IMG/VR virus record: IMGVR_UViG_3300018080_000002
Span: 64,001 to 128,000 of that record
Direction: 5' to 3' (one strand)
Source: a virus
DNA length: 64,000 nucleotides
Below, in pieces: positions 57,116-64,000 of this stretch. Below the pieces are notes generated by a model. The model was not told the origin of the DNA. It worked only from the letters and a program-made list of their open reading frames with translations, and made no database searches. Both the position numbers and the translations under genes were made by a program. Each line of letters starts with the position of its first letter. Positions within the stretch are counted from its first letter, which is position 1.

Positions 57116-57769
57116 ATGATAGAACAGTTGATTGAGCTGGAGGCTGCGAATAGATATCAGCCTTGGGTTGATCCTGGGTTAGATCCTGAATTTGTAAGGA
57201 TGAAAGATGCCGTTCAAGAGCATACCGTGCTTTGTATTTATCGTTTATATACAGCATATCAATTTCTAAAACATGCTTTACGAATGGTTCATGGCAACGT
57301 AGCTGATATTGGTGTTTATAAGGGTGGATCTGTCAGGCTTTTTGGAGAAATGGCGACCAAAGCTGGTCGAAAGACTTATGGCTTTGATACTTTTACTGGA
57401 GAACCGGAAACTGCTCCTTGGATAGATATTCATAAAGAGGGCGATTTTTCTGATGTTAATTTTGAAGATGTTCAAAAATTTGTGAAGAATTTTGATGTTG
57501 AGTTGTTTAAGGGGGTATTTCCTGAGACTGGGGACGTTATTAAAGACGATAGATTTTGTTTTGTTCATATAGATGTTGATTTGTATTTATCATGCCAGGA
57601 TTGTTTAGAGTTTTTTTGTCCGAGAATGTCTGATGGAGCGATTATTTTATTGGATGATTATGGCACCAAGTCATGTCCAGGTATCAAGCTTGCTACGGAT
57701 GAGTTTGTTTTTGACAAAGATAAAAGTTTGATATTTTTGCCGACAGGACAGGCGGTGATTATCTGTTAG
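57116..57769 (+). CDS. TylF/MycF/NovP-family sugar O-methyltransferase
   Basis: GVYKGGS, FDTFTG.P, KG.FPET, FVHIDVDLY, LLDDY. Confidence 0.9.
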   Translation: MIEQLIELEAANRYQPWVDPGLDPEFVRMKDAVQEHTVLCIYRLYTAYQFLKHALRMVHGNVADIGVYKGGSVRLFGEMATKAGRKTYGFDTFTGEPETAPWIDIHKEGDFSDVNFEDVQKFVKNFDVELFKGVFPETGDVIKDDRFCFVHIDVDLYLSCQDCLEFFCPRMSDGAIILLDDYGTKSCPGIKLATDEFVFDKDKSLIFLPTGQAVIIC

Positions 57770-57779
57770 GAGAATAACG

Positions 57780-58148
57780 ATGGATCTACGTAGTCTGAAT
57801 AAAAAGCTGGAGGAATCTATTTCTCTTTTAAATGAGGGAAAGACTGCTGATGGAACAGTCACCATTGAAGGATGGTATGACAAGGACGATAACGAGTGGA
57901 ATCTGGAGATTGAATATACGGTTGCTGACTATGAGTATGGTGCTGATAGAGATAGCAGGCGGGGTATGAGGCGAGTAGACCTTGAGGATTGGAGCGTTTC
58001 TCATGCTGAGTTAGTTTATCCGACCAAAAAAGATCTGGAGCCTGGGGAAAAATTGCCTAAATTCAATGAAAGAAAGCTCTCTCGCAAAGAATTGAAGGAT
58101 CTCGGAGATCAGATTGAGGATTTGGCTAGGGAAGATTATCATGGATAA
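57780..58148 (+). CDS. MNLKKLN-leader cassette 8
   Basis: MDLRSLNKKLEESISLLNE. Confidence 0.8.
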   Translation: MDLRSLNKKLEESISLLNEGKTADGTVTIEGWYDKDDNEWNLEIEYTVADYEYGADRDSRRGMRRVDLEDWSVSHAELVYPTKKDLEPGEKLPKFNERKLSRKELKDLGDQIEDLAREDYHG

Positions 58149-58326
58149 AATATCGGAACAAACGACTACTGCTAATGTCCCTGGATTTGTTGTCCCATTG
58201 GGGATGAAATCTCCATTTATGACGAAAAAGGACTATGCTGATTTCGTTAAAAATGCTTCCAAATCTAAAAAATCCAGAAAAATGAGTTACCCTCTCCTGC
58301 GTTGGGATTACTTCCTTAGAAAATAA
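58141..58326 (+). CDS. Small hypothetical protein
   Basis: MDKISE|QTTTANVPG. Confidence 0.6.
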   Translation: MDKISEQTTTANVPGFVVPLGMKSPFMTKKDYADFVKNASKSKKSRKMSYPLLRWDYFLRK

Positions 58327-58410
58327 AATCCAACTATGTGTATTGACTTAATAAGTTTTTCTTTTTAAACTTTGAGCATGTTTTGTGTATTATATACGTA
58401 AGGGTGTAAC

Positions 58411-58641
58411 ATGGGTAAACCGATTGTAGGCAAAGTTCGTTTGAATTTGTTTATGCAGGCAAAGTTGTATATCGAATTGTGTCATATCGCGGAGACTGAT
58501 GATCGAAGCATGGCTGACGTTATCAGGGAAGCGTGTAGAGATTACGTGGTTCGATACAAAAGACGTGGAACGCATAAGTATTTTAATCAAGGAGTAAGCG
58601 ATGAGCGAAGTGACGAAAGAGGTAGGGACAACGACAGTTGA
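58411..58641 (+). CDS. Ribbon-helix-helix (CopG-like) regulator
   Basis: RLNLFM..LY.EL..IA....RSMADVIREA...Y. Confidence 0.75.
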   Translation: MGKPIVGKVRLNLFMQAKLYIELCHIAETDDRSMADVIREACRDYVVRYKRRGTHKYFNQGVSDERSDERGRDNDS

Positions 58642-59401
58642 TCAGATTGTTTCAGGGGTAAAGAGTGATACTAAATCCAGCCATACCTGTATAGAGCTGC
58701 CGACAGGTTATATCGATCAGGATGGAAATCTTCAAAAAGCGGTGGATATCAGACCGTACACAGGTGAGGAGGAGGATATATTAGCCTCTCAGAAAATGCC
58801 TATGTATCGAAGATTGGGCAAGTTGCTGGAGAATTGTGTAACCAGGATTGGTGATATTGATGATCCGAAGAGATTGAAAAGCATTATTCGTCAGTTAGTT
58901 TTTTCTGACAGATTGTTTTTGATCGTACAAGTAAGGGCTGCAACAAACGGAAATATCTATTCTTTAGATGTAAAATGCCCTGAAGAGGATTGTGGCTTGA
59001 ACAGTATGCAGCATATTGATCTAGCTGATATCAAATGGGTTGGATTGCAAGATCCCATGAAGCGTCAATACTCGTTTAAGCTGCCTGGTAGTGGTGTTGA
59101 TGTGACATGGAACGTTATGGATGGAATAAGAGAGGAGAGGATTCATCAGCATTCCTTGGATCGAGATTTATTATCTGTGGGAATTTTGGCTAGGTTGAAC
59201 GATCTCGATACTCGCCGAGTTACGATGGCGATGGTTAAAAAGATGACGCCTCCACAGAGACGAGCATTAAGGAAAGAGTTTGAAAAGGCTGAAGGGACTT
59301 TAGATGATCAGGTAACGTTTGAGTGTAAGCATTGCGGTCATGAATGGACGGATTCTGTTGATTACGCGCAACCAAGTTTTTTCTTCCCTACGGACGAGTA
59401 G
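58601..59401 (+). CDS. Baseplate hub/tail assembly chaperone (gp26/gp51-like)
   Basis: ELPTG, EEEDIL, DR.FL..VR, CP..C, LPGSG, CKHCG, FFFP end. Confidence 0.8.
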   Translation: MSEVTKEVGTTTVDQIVSGVKSDTKSSHTCIELPTGYIDQDGNLQKAVDIRPYTGEEEDILASQKMPMYRRLGKLLENCVTRIGDIDDPKRLKSIIRQLVFSDRLFLIVQVRAATNGNIYSLDVKCPEEDCGLNSMQHIDLADIKWVGLQDPMKRQYSFKLPGSGVDVTWNVMDGIREERIHQHSLDRDLLSVGILARLNDLDTRRVTMAMVKKMTPPQRRALRKEFEKAEGTLDDQVTFECKHCGHEWTDSVDYAQPSFFFPTDE

Positions 59402-59550
59402 AATATCTGGAATATCACATTGAATTATTGATGTATAATTTCAATGCGAGCTATTCGTCCGTTATGCAGATGCCAGTTGATCGTCGCTATCGTATAGTGG
59501 AGAGGATCGAGAATGAGTTGCGTAAAAGAAAGAATCAGAAACAGGCTTAG
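59377..59550 (+). CDS. -1 frameshift extension of the chaperone (gpGT-like)
   Basis: Slippery T TTT TTC at 59377-59383; -1 frame reads ...EYHIELLMYNFNASYSSVMQMPVDRR...*. Confidence 0.7.
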   Translation, partial: FFLPYGRVEYLEYHIELLMYNFNASYSSVMQMPVDRRYRIVERIENELRKRKNQKQA

Positions 59551-59559
59551 GAGTGTAAC

Positions 59560-60195
59560 ATGGAAGATCGTAAGCCGTGGAGATTGACCTGGGATGAAGA
59601 GGGATATACTTATGCTTATTTTGTTAAAGGGAAAGACAGTGATAGGCATGAGGAGTTATTTAAGGAAGTTGTTAACCGACATATAGATAACAAGGCAGAT
59701 TGTCTGCAAGTGGGTATCCCTCATGGTATTGATCGAGAATTTGGTGGAGAGGGTAAGAAATTTGGCAAAAATTTCATAGCCATTGATTTATATGATCAGA
59801 ATCCCGAAATAGATTACAATGTGGATTTGTCCGATACTCCTTTCGATAGTGATTGTTTTGATTTTATAGTTTGTCCGGCAATATTAGAACATGTTAAAGA
59901 TCCGTTTAAATGCGTAGATGAAATATATAGAATCCTTAAAAATGGCGGTGAAGTATGGTGTGAGGTTCCATTTTTTCAACCCTTTCATCCATTTAAGGGC
60001 TATAATGAAGATGATATGGGATTAGCATTAGATGATCAACAGATCGAATTTACAGGCGATGAGGATCATGGTGGAGATTACTGGAGGTTTACGCCTCAAG
60101 GTGTAAGGCAATTATTTAGGCGATTTGAATTGATCGAGATGTTCCTATGTAGAGAGGGTGGAATTTGTTTCTATGGCCGTAAACCGGAGGCATGA
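59560..60195 (+). CDS. Class I SAM-dependent methyltransferase
   Basis: FDFIVC.AILEHVKDP..EIYRILK.GG, DYWRFT. Confidence 0.85.
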   Translation: MEDRKPWRLTWDEEGYTYAYFVKGKDSDRHEELFKEVVNRHIDNKADCLQVGIPHGIDREFGGEGKKFGKNFIAIDLYDQNPEIDYNVDLSDTPFDSDCFDFIVCPAILEHVKDPFKCVDEIYRILKNGGEVWCEVPFFQPFHPFKGYNEDDMGLALDDQQIEFTGDEDHGGDYWRFTPQGVRQLFRRFELIEMFLCREGGICFYGRKPEA

Positions 60196-60977
60196 ATTTG
60201 AAAACCGATATTACAGGGACTCTTTTTGTTAAAGATAATTTTAGATTAGATTACTGTTTAGAGGAATCGGTCAGGAGTTTACTTCCTTTTTGCGATGAAA
60301 TAATTGTTTTGGATTGCGGGAGTCGGGATGGCACTCAGGAATTGATCAGAAATCTTGCCAATGAGAATACTAAAATTAAAGCTGTTTATGACCATCCTTG
60401 GGATGTTGCGTATGGGTATCATAGGCTAAGGATTATTGCAGATGATGCTCGTAGAATGGTTAAGACCAATTGGCATTTCATGTTACAGGCTGATGAGGTT
60501 GTTCATGAAGATAGTGTTCCATTTATTTTAGATGCTGTTAAATCGGGTTGTGGTGATAGGTTTTTCTGTCGTCGTTATAATTTATTTGGAGGCATGGATC
60601 ACTATATAAGATTTGGAAGTTCGTATCAGCCGTGTAATGATCAAGTAGTACGGTTAGGTAAACAGGTTTTTGCAGTTGTTGGAGATGCCGAGAATATTGA
60701 TTCGGATCATGCTGTTGATGATTATTTGGATAAGATAAATATCGTGCATTACGGTTTTGTTAGAACGGGGTCTATTTTGTTGGATAAGGCTATCGAGATG
60801 CAGGAATGGTTTGGATTAGGGGTTGATTCTCGGTTGTTGGCTATGAAGAAAAGAGGAGAAATTTATGAATCTGAGGTCTTTATATCCAAAGATTATTTAG
60901 ATGCGATACCATTTAGCCATCCGAAAGTTGCTCAAAAATGGGTTGATAGTAGGCGTAATGATTTAACAAGGAAGTGA
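60192..60977 (+). CDS. Glycosyltransferase family 2
   Basis: SLLPFCDEIIVLDCGSRDGT, LQADE, HYG. Confidence 0.85.
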   Translation: MNLKTDITGTLFVKDNFRLDYCLEESVRSLLPFCDEIIVLDCGSRDGTQELIRNLANENTKIKAVYDHPWDVAYGYHRLRIIADDARRMVKTNWHFMLQADEVVHEDSVPFILDAVKSGCGDRFFCRRYNLFGGMDHYIRFGSSYQPCNDQVVRLGKQVFAVVGDAENIDSDHAVDDYLDKINIVHYGFVRTGSILLDKAIEMQEWFGLGVDSRLLAMKKRGEIYESEVFISKDYLDAIPFSHPKVAQKWVDSRRNDLTRK

Positions 60978-60980
60978 TAG

Positions 60981-63900
60981 ATGGACAAGAAATATCTTGG
61001 CTTAGGTTTTACGTTTGCGGCCATTGATGATGGTTTGAAAAATGCTTTTCGTCAGACTGCAAATAGTTTTGGACAGCTTGATGACCAAATGGGATCAGTG
61101 AACAAAAAGGGTAAGACCTTTTCTGAGATGTTTGAAGGTCTGAAAATGATCGGATTAGGTGCTGCTTACTCTAAGCTTAAGGATATCAGTGCAGCGATAC
61201 AGGGTGTTGATACCAGTGATGTTACGTTCGGCACCTTAGAAACATTTGAGATGCAGTTTAAGTCTTTGACGGGATCTGTTGAGGCGGCCAAGGATTTAAG
61301 GTCTGTAATGATGCGGATAGCCACAGAGACTAATGCGACTGTGGAGGATTTGTCAGGTGCGTCAATATCTCTATCTCAGTCAGGCATTGATATGAATCGT
61401 ATCAATAAAAGCATGACTATGATGGGTCAGTTGATGGGTGTCTTTAAGGTTGGAGCTGAGGATACAGCAGATATTTTTCGACAAGGATTGAGCGAACAGG
61501 GTTTAAAACTCAGTGTGAATCAGATGCAACAGCTCATTAAAGAGTCGTTTGCGTTCGGGAAAGGGATGGATACTGCGGTTGGTACTACGGTGACGAACCT
61601 TAATGGTATGAAAGACATCCTAGCGGCTGTTATCAATCAGCAGGAAAACTTTCGATTGAGGGGTATCGGAGCATTAGATGCAGCTAAATCTATCCAGAGA
61701 TTATCATATTCATTCCAAGTGTTAGGGTTAAGCCAGGGGGATGCTACGAAAACCTCCATAGATCTTTTCTCAAGAACCAAGGATATTGTTGGTAGTTTTA
61801 AAGATATGACTGCGGGATTGGATCAGAATGTTGATGAATATGCGGCATTAGCAAGGATCATGGGTGATACCAATAAATTAAACAAGGCTTTGCTATCCAA
61901 TGATCCTACTGTGATTTTCAACACTCTCTCAGCAGCTTTAGGCCGAGCGAGAAAGATGGGTGGTCAGTCACAACAGGTTATGGAACGTTGGGTAGAGGCT
62001 AATTTTAAGGGTTTGGGTGTTACTCGATTATTAACATCGAATACTCAGCGTTTAAATAAGGCTCTTGCTGGTGGTACTAAGCAGTTAAATATGTTTCGTA
62101 AGGGGTCTGTGGACGCATATGATGACTATGTCAAGGCGACTTTGGGGACTACTACAGCCTTACGAGAACAGATCAAAACAACCAGAGAGGCTACCGAGGT
62201 AGCGTTACAGTTTGCCATTAACAAGGATGTCAACCAGGGTCTTGAGAGGCAATTTACGGCCAATAAAAAGCTAAATGCAGCTATTGTCGAATACAATAAG
62301 ATCATGTCTGATACGACTATGACAGATCAGCAGAGGACAAAAGCTCTCGATGAGTTTAATAAAAAACACGATGAGGCTACACGTAGCTTGATGGATTTTG
62401 CTATTTTGGCAGAAAAAGTGGAAAAAGCTCCGTTGCCAGAGGCATTAAATGCGATTGCTAAAGAGATGGGCTTTGTTGGTTTTGATAATGATCAGTTACA
62501 GACGATAGCGGACGCCAATACCAGATTTTCTCTGTTATTTGGCTCAATTGATAAGGTGATTGATAAGGCGTTGGTCCTTGGTGGTATTTGGTTGATTTTC
62601 AGGAAACCTATTGTTGGTCTGGGCAAATTATTTTCCAAGGTGTTTACGATTCCTGCAAAGTTGTTAGGTAAAACAGCGACTATGGTTATGCCTAAGATTT
62701 TACCTCAGTTTTTTAAAGATTTGCCGACATGGATAAAATTATATTCTGAAGAGGCCATTAAGGTCTTTAAGGGAAACTGGTTTAATGCGGTGAAATGGAC
62801 CGGGAAGAAAATGTTGGTTTTTTCCAAACGAGCGGTGCAGATCATGGCTAGACCTTTTACTTTCTTTTGGAAAGAATTGCCACAGCTCTTATATAAAAAC
62901 ATGCCATCCATTACCAAAGCTATGATGAAAGCCTTTCAGGTATCGATTTCTTTTATCAAGGATATTCCCACTTGGACTAAATTGTATTGGGAAGAGGGAA
63001 TCAAGATTATCAAGCGTAAGGCTATTGATCTTGGCAAATGGTTTGTAACGACTGGCTGGAGGTTTATCAAGGATATTCCGACATGGATCAACCTTTATTT
63101 TGACGAGGGTATTCGGGTTCTTAAGAGTAAATGGTCTAGCGGGGTGAAGTGGTTGATCAATACGACTAAGAGTTTCCCTGGAGTTATGCTGAAGTCTTTT
63201 CAGTGGTTATGGACGACTTTGCCACAAAAAGTCATGGGAATATTGCCGCAAATAGGCGGGAAAATAACCGCTTTTATGGCGAAATTCGGAGCCAAAGGTG
63301 GTTTCTTAGCGAAAGTGTTTAGCACCGCTACTTTGAAAGGAGCTTTGGGATTTCTTGCTAAGTTTACTGGTCCGATATTTGCGATTGCTGATGCCATTTA
63401 TATTTTATGGAGAGACTGGGGTAAGTTTACATCCTCTCTTGAAGGATTGACTCTTGGTGAGAAAATAGCGGCAAGCTTTAGGTTTGGTGTCGGTGTTTTG
63501 GCTGAGGTGTTGGATGATGTCTTATTTGGCATACCTTCGATGATCACCAAATATTTCTCTGGTATGACTCTGCGAGAGGGCATCGAAAACGTCTTTGATT
63601 GGATGAAATATGGATTTAAAGCGGTGGTCGATGTCTGGACTGAGTGGATAACATTGCCTTTCCAGAAAGCTAAGGAGGGGTTTGCTGAACTCATGGTCGA
63701 CATGATGGAGTCTATGAATAAGGCTGCTGATATGTTGCCAGGTTTTATCGGAGATAAGCTTAAAATCGATGATCAGACGATTCAATACTGGAAGGATGTG
63801 GCAGATGGTGCAGCCAAGGTCCGAGAAAGTGTTGAGGGTATGTCTTTAGAAAAAGCCATAGGTGAGATTGGTAAGATCGGAGATGCGGCAAAGCAGATGG

Positions 63901-64000
63901 CTGCTTTAGACAAATTTATGGCCGAATATGCTGGTCGAGAGGATGTGACTACTGGAGGACTGAAGCAACTAGCTAAAATGAGATCTGATATTGGTAAGAA
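60981..64000 (+). CDS. Tape measure protein, 3' truncated (not in ORF track)
   Basis: ATG 60981 MDKKYLGLGFTFAAIDDG; long A/G/L-rich helical frame to the window end; follows the chaperone. Confidence 0.85.
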   Translation, partial: MDKKYLGLGFTFAAIDDGLKNAFRQTANSFGQLDDQMGSVNKKGKTFSEMFEGLKMIGLGAAYSKLKDISAAIQGVDTSDVTFGTLETFEMQFKSLTGSVEAAKDLRSVMMRIATETNATVEDLSGASISLSQSGIDMNRINKSMTMMGQLMGVFKVGAEDTADIFRQGLSEQGLKLSVNQMQQLIKESFAFGKGMDTAVGTTVTNLNGMKDILAAVINQQENFRLRGIGALDAAKSIQRLSYSFQVLGLSQGDATKTSIDLFSRTKDIVGSFKDMTAGLDQNVDEYAALARIMGDTNKLNKALLSNDPTVIFNTLSAALGRARKMGGQSQQVMERWVEANFKGLGVTRLLTSNTQRLNKALAGGTKQLNMFRKGSVDAYDDYVKATLGTTTALREQIKTTREATEVALQFAINKDVNQGLERQFTANKKLNAAIVEYNKIMSDTTMTDQQRTKALDEFNKKHDEATRSLMDFAILAEKVEKAPLPEALNAIAKEMGFVGFDNDQLQTIADANTRFSLLFGSIDKVIDKALVLGGIWLIFRKPIVGLGKLFSKVFTIPAKLLGKTATMVMPKILPQFFKDLPTWIKLYSEEAIKVFKGNWFNAVKWTGKKMLVFSKRAVQIMARPFTFFWKELPQLLYKNMPSITKAMMKAFQVSISFIKDIPTWTKLYWEEGIKIIKRKAIDLGKWFVTTGWRFIKDIPTWINLYFDEGIRVLKSKWSSGVKWLINTTKSFPGVMLKSFQWLWTTLPQKVMGILPQIGGKITAFMAKFGAKGGFLAKVFSTATLKGALGFLAKFTGPIFAIADAIYILWRDWGKFTSSLEGLTLGEKIAASFRFGVGVLAEVLDDVLFGIPSMITKYFSGMTLREGIENVFDWMKYGFKAVVDVWTEWITLPFQKAKEGFAELMVDMMESMNKAADMLPGFIGDKLKIDDQTIQYWKDVADGAAKVRESVEGMSLEKAIGEIGKIGDAAKQMAALDKFMAEYAGREDVTTGGLKQLAKMRSDIGK

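Noticed and set aside
53382-58148. CRISPR array or DGR as the explanation for the repeated leaders
   Set aside because: The repeats are coding and degenerate at synonymous positions, spacing is gene-sized, and there is no cas gene, reverse transcriptase or adenine-specific TR/VR pair in the window.
10827-63785. Many minus-strand ORFs opposite structural genes (e.g. 10827-11225, 24605-24811, 62705-63785)
   Set aside because: They are shadows of well-supported + strand genes or low-complexity repeats; those after 60981 lie opposite the tape measure.
1-64000. Stop-codon reassignment
   Set aside because: Core genes are full length in code 11, and TAA, TAG and TGA all end genes at sensible boundaries.

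Overview
This is a 64 kb segment of a large, AT-rich, T4-like myovirus (probably jumbo-class), almost all encoded on the + strand. The morphogenesis backbone runs: putative TerS, TerL, portal with a LAGLIDADG intein, core/scaffold, gp21-like prohead protease, gp23-like major capsid protein (MCP), neck proteins, tail terminator, sheath, two tube-like proteins, a chaperone with a -1 frameshift, and a tape measure that runs off the end. Accessory genes include a tubulin/FtsZ-family GTPase with an AAA ATPase, an Apyc1-like MBL hydrolase, PNK, a phosphatase, a DNA methyltransferase, sugar and methyl-transfer enzymes, and exported proteins. The best novelty candidates are four. (1) A modular leader-plus-cargo system: at least 15 genes share conserved N-terminal leaders ending at gp21-type Glu sites, fused to mostly unrelated domains, including eight MNLKKLN..EESI.ILE cassettes and a likely polyprotein. 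(2) An inverted unit of three palindromic operators, a ~370-nt structured RNA, a type III hammerhead ribozyme and an XRE/PAPS-reductase-like fusion gene. (3) A 14-bp palindrome (CGAAAGCGATTTCG family) dispersed through genes and spacers. (4) A second candidate ncRNA, two probable ATT-initiated genes, and several enzymes lacking catalytic residues. All calls come from reading motifs by eye; no searches were run.
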